Shown here in pieces: positions 12,581 to 24,832 of a stretch of 64,000 nucleotides of DNA; position 1 is the first letter of the stretch, and each line of letters begins with the position of its first letter. Location: positions 1,116,001 to 1,180,000 of the forward strand of contig NC_134027.1 of assembly GCF_964204645.1 (NCBI RefSeq), given 5' to 3'. The notes under the pieces are model-generated. The model was not told the DNA's origin. It ran no database searches and saw only the letters and a list, made by a program, of their open reading frames with translations. A program made the position numbers and the translations under genes. The DNA comes from Tubulanus polymorphus. Taxonomy: Eukaryota > Animalia > Nemertea.

Positions 12581-15500
12581 ATATCTAAGTGCCAGGGCAA
12601 TGCAAGTGTTCCTGGTGACGTGTGAGTTTACGAGATTTTCTAACTTAATTTAATTCGTGAATGAACAATTTTAATAAAGTAACTAACTATAGAATGAGAC
12701 CAAGTTACTATGACTTCTGTTAACGACGGTTTTTGGTCAGTTTTGATAATTTCCATGGCCATATTATATCCCACGATATTTGACATCTATACCGCGTAGC
12801 TTTTCAACGTCAAAGCTCCAACCACAGCTGTGCGGCCAGGAGATGGGTTCATCGAGAACCTATTGTAGCTGTCCTAGTACCACCGTTTTGAACGGGTAGG
12901 GTTCACCAAGAACCTGCATTAATTTCAAAGCCACAGGTGTGGGGAGGCACAGAGTGTCCGTGGACTTTCCGAGTAACTTTATGCTATCACATTCTCGCTG
13001 GCTGCCTGGAATAAACTTTATCGCAAAACTCAGATAAAGGTTTGTTCCAACCGGCAGGTTTCAATGAAGCGATCATGATTTGTTAACTGCGGCATTTTGA
13101 ATATGAAATATGAATAACGGTTTAATCTGTTGCGTTGTAGCCGGGCAACACGTCACGATAGGTAGAGAACTGAGATAACATATGCCGTGCATATCACAAC
13201 CAATAAATATTCGCCGTATTGATAAACACCCGGCAATAAAACATATTTTCATGAAATTAAGATTAAGATTCGATTCCTGATAGTATTGCGGCGAGGAAGT
13301 AAAAGCCGTTTTCTATTTTATACTGTATTTGAGTCGGGAATAAACCGTAATAAACCTGCAAAATCAACTTATACGTTGATTCAAGCTCAGATTCTTCAAA
13401 GAACTTAAACTAGAAAAACACTACGATGCCATCAATGGAAGTCATTCTGTGTCGAAAGTCATCTTGTTCTCTTGCTACCGTGGAAGAGCTGATGTTTTAG
13501 AGTTTAAATAATTTTTGCACAACCAATACGGAACGGAACCGGCAGCAAACATCAGACTCCGACAGCACCATATAAGTCAATATTGGGTCTTAACAAACTC
13601 ATTACTGAAACATCGATTGGTTGTAGAGACAACTGCGGAACGTTGTCAGAGGAGCTACGCGCCACCAGTGGGACCCAATTTCCGCAGATGTCCGTCAACA
13701 TGTTAAACAAATGTTTACCTGCAGATATCATGTTAATTCGCCGATAAATCACGACCAGGAGAGACGGGACACTTGTACGAAATCTCGGAGATGCGGCCTC
13801 TCGACGTTAATTAATTCTTGACGATAATAGAGCAGCCGCAAACTCTGAACCACGGGTTATGACAAATATGACGAATGCAAATACTAGCAGAAATTATTAG
13901 CCTCTTCGCCGTGAAAGGTCTGAGAGACTCTTCAGCACCGATCCGGTTATAGTAAGTGTTTGATTGAGCGGACTATGGTTTTTGCGGACACTTTTCGTTC
14001 GACGTCATTAAGTCATCATTTTGCCCGAATGCATCGGATAAGGAAGCCCTAACCTGAATCCAAAATCGATCTAAAGCCCAAAAATAGATTTTCAATCGGA
14101 ACCGTTACTCAAATATAGCACTGATTTTGTATTCCACGTTTTATGCAGATACAAAGTTTTTTTACGGCGTTTTCAGAACGCTCCACGTGACCTTGCCGAA
14201 AAGTATGGACTTCCGGATGTAGAGTCTAATGTCCCGTTGCTGTAGCTCCAGATGCCGGCTTTTTCTCCGTGGAAAGAGAAATTCACACGCCTGTGTGTAT
14301 GACAAACAGTTAATGCGTGTGCAACTACTTTACATTCTCATTGACGGGATTATACGAGATTATACGAGACTTGCCGAGATTCCAGGCTGCACGGAGCCTG
14401 GTCTCATCATTCGGGAAGGTTTTAGTTCGATGCTGGAGGGCTAAAGACTTATCGTACAGTTCCGAGCGCGCGTAGCCATGTGAATTTATGCAGCTGCGAA
14501 AGCCGAATCTGCAGCCTCCATTATTCATGTAAAGCCGATTTAGCAAGCAGCTTATCCTCTCTCTCTCTCCTCGCTAGTCGACTCGCGACTAGAGCTGCCC
14601 AACCAGTTTCGTGTGTACATGTTCCGTCTGATATTTACTTTGTTTCCTGCGCTTTTTGCGAGGTTCAACGCGGCTCCCTTTACTGTAGGCTCGGGCAGCA
14701 GCAGGACAGTATTCAAGACGAAGCACCATTTAACCTAGTATCAGTTTGCAGTCCTTAAATCTAGCCGGGAGCAGTAGCAGTTTCGTAGAGAACCCGTTAG
14801 TTTGTACGTTTAGTTCACCTGCAACTTGAGGGTGAACTGACCCACACGGCCCCAAATTGCAGATCGCCAAAACTGCGAAGTTGGCCAGTTCAGCAGCCAC
14901 AATTTACCAATTGATCAAATAGTGAAACCATTGATCTTTATCATACAGCTAAACATATTGGTAGATTAGTACTAAGTGGAACTGTATTTACCGGTCTATA
15001 GGGACTGGTACATGGTGTTTATTGAGTTCCAGCGTTGAAGATACCGCTGTATAATGGTTTAAAGTCTTGTCAACAACTTGTCACTTCGAATTCGAACATA
15101 AGAGTGAACAATGTCACAAAGGACATTAAAACTAATCCATCGGCGAAGGCGATAGGGATAAGAGTTCTTATAGCTGGTCGTACTACTAACTGTGTGTATA
15201 TATATACCAAGCAAGCGAGGCTTCCATCAACTTGGAGTTTGAGTAATCAAAATTAGTAAATCTACCCCTGAAGATGACCCAATGAAGCCATTCGAAAAAA
15301 TTGAAACCAAACCAACCGAAAGATAGGCATACCATCTCGAGACTAAAAGACCGCTAAACTTCTCAAGCTTTCAGCCATAAAGACCATGTGTTTGTCCGGA
15401 AACACTTGGACATGAAAAATTTAAAAAAAAACTAATCTTCTGCAAAAATGTCTTCATCAAAAGATACGATTATAGAAATGTCACGGGTCACAGTTAGCGA

Positions 15501-17666
15501 TATCCGTCCGATATCCGTATCTCCCGAGAGAAAAACGTGCTATTCGGTTAGAACCGATTCAATAGACGGATCAAATTTAGATACAGGTGATAGGTATCGA
15601 GTACGTGTGTGTGTGTGGACCCGGCCACCCAAAAAGATGCTACCATTATCTCAAAGCGAACATGGCGGCCATTGACAGTTTAAACGGGCATTATCTTCCC
15701 TAAAGCAGATGGGATTCTTCTAATTGTCCCCCGAGTCATGGATGTAGCTTTGTGTCCGGATCGGATCGAAAAACTGACAATCCAACGACGGGTCTTCTGT
15801 TCTTCGTATGAATATCAAATTTCTTTCGAGCAATAATTAAAAGATGTCTGTTATTTGTTGCACTTAAGAATCTAGTTCAAAAGTCGAGACTCCGGCGACA
15901 GGCTCCACCCGTACCGCGTAAGATTCGTGTCGCATTTGGTGAAGATAATGGGTGACAATAGGACGCGTAAGATACCCAATTAACTCTACATCAATATAGA
16001 TCTTTGTTGGGACGTTCCTTATCTTCATTCTGGTTTTTTATTTCGAGAAAAAAGAGACACCGATTTGAAATTAACGGATTCTTTATCGATCGTTTTGGCG
16101 CCTGTCAGGTCGTGCAGGGCTGGCCTCAGTTAGCGTGCAGAATACAAATCGCATGCGTATAATATATAAATGTATGAATTTCAAGTTTGAAAAGATCGTA
16201 AAATATATAATCAATTATCGATTATTCAACGGATGAAAAAACAAATTGAATTGTGGGCGAGGAGGAAATTTGAATATTTATTTATGTGAACTTTGTAATG
16301 ATTAATGACTTTGCGACGATTATTGAGTGCGTCTTTGAACACGGTGCGAACAATCGCCCCTGAAATTTCAATTGAAGAATGAATATCATCAAACACGTGT
16401 TAACTAACGACATATACATATATAGACGTGCTCATCGGAGAATAATTCCGCCATGGTGGTTTAATAACGCGCTATACACCCGAACAATTTAACACGTCAA
16501 ACCTAAAGTATGATTAAACATCTTTCTTTCTCGATTTAACCGCATTACGAAGATGGCGATGGTTTTAATGCGCGTTTGTCGTGGAGACTTAAGTGACTTA
16601 ACCAGGTTTTAAACAACATTCGCTAAATGACGTTGAGTTAATAGTCTGTTTCTATACATATAACAACCCGGATTAGTTATTCGCCATTTTATAATTGACT
16701 TCGGTCACATTTATTTCAAACCCAACCGAATCATTGATACAGTGGAATTCGCTGAAGTCGATCGTTATTTTGACGACCTTTTTGATGATGACTTAGAAAT
16801 TGAATTAGAAATGGTCTCAAAATAGAGATGACTCCAATAATGCGACGGTTTATCAGATGAAGTTAAGTGAATTTCACTGTAGTTTGTGTACATCGTAGTA
16901 GTCAATATGATCGTCTCTGTGGTTGGTTTTACAAAATGCGAAGAAAGTCGTATTTTTTGTTGTTAAATCTTTTTTCGAAAGACGCGAATGAGTATTTGAG
17001 TGCGAGTAAACACCACCTCGCAATGAATACCGCATTGTAAATGTTCTCTGTTCTCTTAAATGGAAGATACAAAAATATGACTCAGAAAAATGTGTCAGTA
17101 AATAAACTGTGCATGTATACTAAAAGATTATATATACAGAAGACACTTGTTCAATTTTTATGCGACTCAATATTTGAGGGATCAACTGGAGATGTATTGA
17201 CTCAATATTTGTTGATCAATTTTGACGGAATCGAATTTCGACTTTTTTGTTCTCGTTTGGAAATGTTTTCAAAGAGGAGAGAGTCGAGTTTCTTATTTTT
17301 AAACGTACTTCACACTAAGCTCCCCTCGACGGTGGCCCTGCACCGATACAGTGCGTCTCAGGAAAATGTTCAATAGGTGCGAAGCATTTACTAATAACTT
17401 AGTTATAGCTTAGAAATGCAGTCACAAAGTGTCAAAGTTTCGACGAAATCTTTTATACTTTATTTCTAACATTTTTAGAATCTTATAAATGCCTTCTCTT
17501 GCCCATCCTTTGACTCTAAGAGTTTATCAGTTGAAACGAGTTGACTCTCATAACTTCGGTAACTGGATCATGGTCTATGGACCATACACTAGTCTATACC
17601 CCCAAAGTAAATCATCACTGATAACCAAACGGACCCGAATTCAAATTTCAAAAATAACAAACTTAC

Positions 17667-17974
17667 CACTTCTATTGTGATCGTCTTTCTCATCGTCATC
17701 ATCGCTGCATAGTTTGTCATCGTCATCATCATCATCACAACGGTTCTTAGGAGACCAGGTCATTTTATTTTCTTTTTTTAACCGGCGCCGGGCGTTCGCG
17801 AACCACGTTGAGACTTGAGTTAACGTCATTTTTGTGATGATGGCCAACATTATTTTTTCGCCCTTCGTCGGATAGGGATTTTTAATATGTTCTTGGAGCC
17901 AGGCTTTCAGCGTGCTGGTACTTTCTCGCGTTGCATTCTTTCTGCGGGCTCCATTCAGGTCCATAGCGCCATAG
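17667..17974 (-). CDS. irx: Irx exon 4: TALE homeodomain plus acidic tract
   Basis: Encodes [64 protein letters not shown], an Iroquois-class homeodomain (PYP loop, WFANARRR), followed by poly-Asp. Acceptor TTTTCCTACAG, donor G|GTAAGT, phase 2/1. Confidence 0.99.
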
Positions 17975-20900
17975 CTGTAGGAAAATACGACATACAAGTA
18001 TTTCAGAAATGACCAAATGGGTTTATCATGTTTGAGTATTGAATTTCGCTCTTGTGACCGCCATTATGATAGAACCTAACCCAACGGTTCGCTTTATTAC
18101 TTTCGAAACCACAAAGAAAGAAAAAACTCGACGATCTGATATTTGATGAGGCCAATTATAAGACAAAGCGTCCGTTAGATTCGGTATTCAAGTTTTCGAG
18201 AGAAAGAGAGAGATTGTGAAGTTCTTTTCGAGTGTCATCGTAACGAATCGTAACAAGAAAAGTTATCTTTCAAGTTTTGTAATTCGAGTGGGAATGAAGT
18301 ATACGCCGAATGGGACACTTGATCTCTCCTTTTTTGTGTAGTCACGCGGCCGAAAATTTCACAAGCCAGAAACAACAAGCGAACGAGTCACCGGGCTAGC
18401 GCCGCCGATATCTCGTTCTAGACTGGTAGGTATGCGCGGTTTAAACGCGACGGCACCGAAACAATCGAAACCACGGCGTCGAAGGCACCATGTTCTGAGA
18501 TAAAGATCGTCGCGGCCTAATCTAGAGATGTCGCCTAAGATAATTCCGCGGCAAACGGCTTTATTATTGTTATTATTACTATATATCTGGATCCATACCG
18601 CATGTGCTATGTCAGTATATACGCTCAATGCGGGGACATGATCTTGTAGATAATATGACAAAAACCAGATTTCTCATACAACGAAATCGAATGATATCAA
18701 AGCCCGAACGTTGAGATGCAACAGCCGCGTGAGCATTTTATATAGTATTCTATTTCATCAGTTCATCAGAGTTTCTCCAATTTGATTAAGTCACGAATGT
18801 TTAAAAAAATAGATATTTTTCGAATGGCTGCAGATAACGTTACATCGACCCCTATTTACTGTCTCTCCACAGGAGCCATACAATTACATACAATATGTAG
18901 TATTTTCCACTCGAATTGTCTTTTGAATTAAAAAAAGGTTTTTAGTCAACATGCCCTGTCATTCGAATTTTCGCTAATCTGATAGTAACAATTTCCGGAC
19001 TGTATCCCCCTACTGCGAGCAAAAATAAAAACCAACACGTTGAATTTTACCCTAAAGGATCTTACAAATCAAGACCAGTCTTTATGACTTGGCAAAATAT
19101 GATTGCCAAAATAAGCATACCGTTCAAACCTTTCAAGCCCTACTAACTTGTGAAGTTGTTGTAATTCGGAAAAAGCGTAAGGTAACTGTGCCCGGAATCT
19201 TGATAAAAACCACCTCGTGTTCGAAACTTTTACAAATACATTAGAAAATCAAGAAAAAATAAACCACTTTGCTGCCAATTTCAACAACTATCGAGTCAAT
19301 TTTTCATGAAGGTGATATAACTAAATTAACTACGCGCAATAAACTGCGTTTAAACACGCGATGAAAATATAGGTTTTATCAAACAACCCGTAAATATATA
19401 CAAGTTAATTCTCTGTTTCGATGTGTGACATTTATTTTTTATGATTTAAACTATAGTCAACAACATGTTTACAACATGGTTTATAATAGTCCCGGATCGA
19501 GATTGTTAGGACAGGGGCGTTCATTTCGAGACGTAGTTACTACTTGTGTGTGTTATGAACCGGTTTTCTATATAATTGTATATAGTATATAAAATGTTAG
19601 AATGATTGATCGGTCTTTTTAAAAGAAACTTGTTCGCTATACAAAATGTGTACGTGTAATAATGTCTCTTTGATATAGAAACCACCGCCAGCTTTTCATC
19701 TACGATCGGAACGGGAGCTTTGAAGCGCATTTACAAATTCAAATAACTCCCTCGAATCGATCCGTATAGCCCGCTACCGCAACAGGTCCGGGTCGATGCG
19801 CTTTTTGCGTCCGTCCCCTCGAGGGATTTACCCAGCATGCGATTAAACTCGATCGTAAACGTCGGCGATTTTACAAGTTCTCAATATAGTTCTAGCTTTT
19901 AAAAGTTGACTCGAAAGAATCGTGTTCCGCGTTAGTCAACGGCCGAAACATTGTGGTTTCATTTTGATAAATCATCGATTTCTGTGCATAAAATCGTGCA
20001 TTTTTGATGTGGGACATTTCTGTTAGCAAAAATACATAAAGAGGCATTTTGGCTGTTAGTCTACAGTTGACGAGGATTACAGTGTTATATTCGATGCAGA
20101 CGCTCCCTAAAAAAACAACAACAACACGATCCACCTCTTGCTCGATGAGAAAACCAGAAGGTCAGATCGGTCGCGTTAAAGCCACCGTTACACGCGCGCA
20201 CGTCTGAGAACATTAACTATCAAATAAACAGCTAACAGTCATTAGAGGCAGGCGTATTGTAGGAGCGGTCCCCCGGGCGGCAGGATACACTGTCGTGTAT
20301 ACGGTATAATGACTAACTGCTACGGACAATAAATACGCACTCTCCACGATCACCGCCGCCATCGCTCGCCGTATAACAGCTTCCATCATCGATCAGATTC
20401 GTATTTCACACGTAAAAGAACAGATTATAAATTATTTCAATTATGAATAATTTTGCCGCGCAAATTACTGTGAAATGGCGCGTTATTGTCGTGCATTAAT
20501 GTGACGCTCTCCATTTCTTTTACATTGTTCGCCGTATTGGAACAATAGGTCTAATAGCACCCGGCGTGCGCTGACAATGCTGTTTTGACGTATCGAAAAT
20601 GGCAATAAAATAGCATCAATTGCTTCCGAAAAGTCGGAGACGATGTATCAGATAGAAAGACACATAATCATCACTCAGAGCTTGAAGTTATCACACCGAT
20701 TGAGCCTAATTAACAAACAAATCTTGAAACTAAAATTTGAAGAGAAACGTTTGAATCAACGGTTCAGATAAGACCAGGGTTTAGTTAAATCTGGTCACAA
20801 TACAAGATTACCATTTATGATCATATTATGTCTCGGCGAAATTTGCGACGTTACAAAATGGAAGAAAGGAACATATTCGAAAGGAATATATTATCTATGC

Positions 20901-21256
20901 TAAATACATTTGAATTATTCTGCGAATTTTAAGTTCACTCGAGCATTTAACAACGTTACGAGTTTACTATGACTGTTTTTAATCTTCTAAACGCACCTGA
21001 CGTCTTTATGGAAACTAAACATCGCGAGGACTCTATAACTCGAAACCGCCTGCGGCAACTGTCAAATGATTTTGATTGTAAAATGACAAATTACCCGGTG
21101 CGATGTCGGTAGACACAATGAGATTTTAAAAATTGAATATATTCATTAGAATTTATACCACATCTATACAGAACGCTTGTCTCTGTTTACTGCTATCAGC
21201 AGTTCGTAGTTTGTGTTGTTAATTGCTGATGAACACGTTATATAAATAACACACTG

Positions 21257-21420
21257 GGAGCTAGTTGTTCGATGGTCCAGATGCGGACTGGTCCAGAAGT
21301 TGTTAGATTGGTTATAGAACCAAAATGAGCTGAGGCCCGTCTTAAGTTGTTAGACTGGCTATAGAACTAAGGTGGTCTTAACGTAGATTCTAAATCTACG
21401 CCATAACTGCCCGACTAATC
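21257..21420. mobile_element. MITE, family B
   Basis: GTTGTTAGATTGGTTATAGAACCAAAATGAGC core, repeated twice. Confidence 0.65.
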
Positions 21421-21556
21421 CCATTTGCTCAAAAAGTTAGTTCAGTAAACCATCGGATGATTATGTTAAACAAAACAATCTCCTTGTCACCAACTTTTGG
21501 GCACCGGTCAATCTCTTCGAGGGCAAAGCGCATAGTTCATACTGTTATCGACTTAC

Positions 21557-21666
21557 CTGTTCATGTAAGGGTAAGCAGCCATCGATGTATCGTACGGGTA
21601 ACACGCCGCAGGTTGTGATAAACTTCTCCAGGCCTCCATATTATCCTTCAAGCCATAAGCGGAATT
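21557..21666 (-). CDS. irx: Irx exon 3 (NSAYGLKDNMEAWRSLSQPAACYPYDTSMAAYPYMN-S)
   Basis: Acceptor TTTTTCCTCCATCTCTTACAG and donor AG|GTAAGT; 110 nt, phase 0/2, matching exons 2 and 4. Contains the YPYD-like motif that precedes Irx homeodomains. Absent from the ORF track. Confidence 0.92.
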
Positions 21667-22454
21667 CTGTAAGAGATGGAGGAAAAAAACGTGATGAATT
21701 TTAATATTTCAAGACCCGGAATTTACTCAATCAGTTGATCCAGTTCGACTGTTACGAGTCAGGATTTGATGCTATCGAGTTACATAATCTAAAACTACAT
21801 TATTTAGAGTCAAATCTAACTGTGGAACTGGATTGTTATGTTTTCAATAAATGGATATCTTCAAGAGGCAAGAGAGGTTGATGCACGATGCATTTCAAGC
21901 ATTCCAAGAAGCTAAAGATTTTTGAAAATATTTGAATTTTTATGGCTATTATAGGAACGATGACATTGTCAACCTTATAGAGGTCTTAAAAATTCCGCAG
22001 ACTTTAAAACCGTTAGATACAAAACGCGACGAGTAGGCTACACAATACTAGACATATTTCAAAAGCATCAAAGTCACTCTCAAAAACATGCATTAAAACC
22101 AGCGGTAATTACATGGAAAACTTCAATACGGACTGATATTTGTACGAAAAAAGGAACAAACTGCACAATGTCGCGCTGTCAAAACAATCTTTCACGGCGT
22201 GGCTTTTCAAAAAGAAATTTTTTTTTCGAAAAAAGAGGTTTTTCTTCAAAGCTGATCGGCTGAGTTTCGCGTCAGTGGTGTTTATTATCATTAAAGACCT
22301 TACGAAATATTAAATCGGTTTTTTTGAATCTACGATTTTTTTTCGGTGAAACGAAGGACTCGATTTCTTTGTCATCAAACGTCGAAGATACGCACATTTC
22401 TGATATATGTATAAGATAAAAACGAGTCCGAAATGTTTCGTAATTGAGCTGTAT

Positions 22455-22510
22455 TTTATTTCAACGTTTCGACTTCATCCTTACAGCTTATAGTCATCTT
22501 CGGGAATACT
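22455..22510 (-). ncRNA. Penelope-type minimal type-I hammerhead-like motif (U4C variant) with adjacent AATAAA
   Basis: Minus strand TTC-CCGAAGA-T-GACT(17 nt)AGTC-GAAAC-GTT-GAA overlapping AATAAA. Stem II and the palindromic ACGT stem III match PLE pseudo-LTR hammerheads. Confidence 0.5.
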
Positions 22511-23032
22511 GATGTTGTGAAAGTTTGTTACGCGATATTCATATAAACAATCATACAGCATAAATACAGTTACAAATTTGAATTTGAATATAAACTGTTT
22601 TTTTTTTGTATTGTGCAATTTCATCTTATCTTACAACGTGGAGTTTAATACTTCATCTGATATGATTTCCATTAATAAAATGGCCAAATTTACTTAAATT
22701 GAGATGCGACTGACACAAATTGAAAAGCAAACCTCCTTGTAGATATCTATACACGAGCTAAACAAACTGTTTAAACCTATTTGGAATAAGTATATTTACA
22801 CTTCTCGTGTTGGAAAGAAGAGATATGGCGACGAAATCCTATTAAAGTTCGAGATTGTCTCGGACCTAATTCTGTCATTTGACTGTCACTCGAGTCAATG
22901 CGACTCTTATCGGAGCGATGTTTAGATTTCGAAACTGTGTGAATCCAGAGGTAAACAAAGTTGATAAACCACCGAATACAATGACACTATACATCGATAG
23001 ATATGTAATTGAGGTTCGCACTTCATTGCAAC

Positions 23033-23033
<1 letters not shown>

Positions 23034-23070
<37 letters not shown>
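23034..23070. repeat. (TA)n microsatellite
   Basis: About 18 perfect TA units. Confidence 0.98.
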
Positions 23071-23073
<3 letters not shown>

Positions 23074-23371
23074 TCGACGATATTTCTGCTGATAATTTGA
23101 TTCAATACATTACAATTAATTCGAATTTCATGTTCGTCATCTGTCAAGTTATTTTGAATAGAACTTCAACGGCCATAGTTCAAATTCAAATTCGATTTGA
23201 GTTACGATATTTCTCAATTGTGAGCAAGAATTTTATTGAACGATGATTCCGATAGATTTTCGATGAACTCTTATTTCAACGACACAATTCAAAGTTGAGG
23301 GTGCTCCTATAAGTTGAGAAAACCAGAAATATAAAAAAGCTCTTCAAATAGATTTACAGCCAGTTCACCAG

Positions 23372-23520
23372 GGCCCAGTTCCATAGTCATGGCTTAGACT
23401 TAAGACCAATTTAAGACCAATTTAAGACCATCTCAGTTCTATAACCAATCTAACAACTTAAGACCAGTCTTGAAATTTAAGACCATTTTTGGACATAAGT
23501 CTCAACTGAGGAACCAGCAC
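23372..23520. mobile_element. MITE family B, PIF/Harbinger-like, CAG target-site duplication
   Basis: CAG|GGCCCAGTTCCATAG...CTGAGGAACCAGCAC|CAG, with internal TTAAGACC subrepeats. Confidence 0.75.
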
Positions 23521-24336
23521 CAGAAGTAAAGATTTGCCTCTTAAGTAGATAAGGGAGGGAGGGACAATCCTAATGCTAAGATGTAGAAAAAAGATCCTAC
23601 TACACATTTAACTAATTGAAAATGAAGTTATAACATTAAAACATGAAGGCATGTGAGGGAACTAACAAAGCCCAAAAAAAGAATTAAAGACATACACAAT
23701 TGCAAAATACCATGGAAACTGTATATATGTATATAAGCTAATATATTATTTGTCAATGGCTGTCGCTTCAAAATTGATGACGCTATTTTTTTCTTTGTGG
23801 GGTTTTCTTCTAAAAAGACTCCACGTTCATATATACGCACACAATGGTAACACCTTGTACTTAGGAATTATAGGTAGCAATTTCGGGGGTTTGGTTGTTG
23901 TTAATCACACCGCTAATGACGTGTCTTTAGTTAAACGAGCCAGGTCAACTGTGACAACTAACCGCCCCCAACTGTACGAACAGCGAACGACACAAAAATG
24001 TGATGCACACTTTCAATATTGCGAAACAACGAACTGAATTTGTTTTTTTCACACAAAAGCTCGAAAACTCGCGCAGAAAATGTCGTTTGTCAACAGATGG
24101 TGCAAATTAACATTAAAAAAAATGCCCATTCTCCCAACATCAATATCCCAATAGGATATTTACCCATCAACTTGTCATTCAGACCCATAACTAACACGAT
24201 TGTAGTATATAGCTTCATTGTGTCACCTTAATGATCGACGCTATACAAACTGATGCGAAATGTTCTTAAAAAGTAGTAACTAGTACAAATAAGGCATTTT
24301 GAAATCCGCTGATGAAACATTCACTGAGAGACCCGT

Positions 24337-24443
24337 GTTGCTGAAGATGATAGTATTGCTGAAGATGACAGTATTGCTGAAGATGACAGTATTGGTGAAG
24401 ATGACAGTATCGGTGAGGATGACAGTATTGGTGAAAATGACAG
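24337..24443. repeat. 18-bp minisatellite (GTATTGCTGAAGATGACA), about 6 copies
   Basis: Tandem units are visible directly. Confidence 0.92.
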
Positions 24444-24817
24444 AAGCGCGAGGAAACATTTCGGACTCTATCTTCCAATCATTTTGCACGCGTAAATTCT
24501 ATTTTCGATTAACTGCAGAATTTTGCTCTCATAAAAAGCGATTTAAAACGGAAACTAGAAATAAAGTTCATTTAGGTCGTGCAATGCTACAAAGTTGATA
24601 CAAGTGACGTCACATCGCGTCATATCGACCGTCAAATGCAAGTAGCTAATCGAACTTAACTTTCAAAATTATTGAGTGTCCAAATCTGTCGTCAAATAAG
24701 ACGCGTGTGAACGATATGTGTTACGTTCGTGCGTAAACTCCTTTATTGTTTCGCCAAAGCAATAAAGCCGGTTCGATTCCAGATTTGGGTGGTCGAATGC
24801 CGATTGCACCGTAAGGT

Positions 24818-24832
24818 GCTGCCATCTAGCGA
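24818..24832 (-). promoter_or_regulatory. CTCF-like motif in Irx intron 2
   Basis: Minus strand TCGCTAGATGGCAGC, close to the CTCF core CCRCYAGRKGGCRS. Confidence 0.5.

Noticed and set aside
13700-13760. CAG|GTAAAC donor suggesting an extra exon in intron 4
   Set aside because: No convincing upstream acceptor, and exons 4 and 5 already join in phase.
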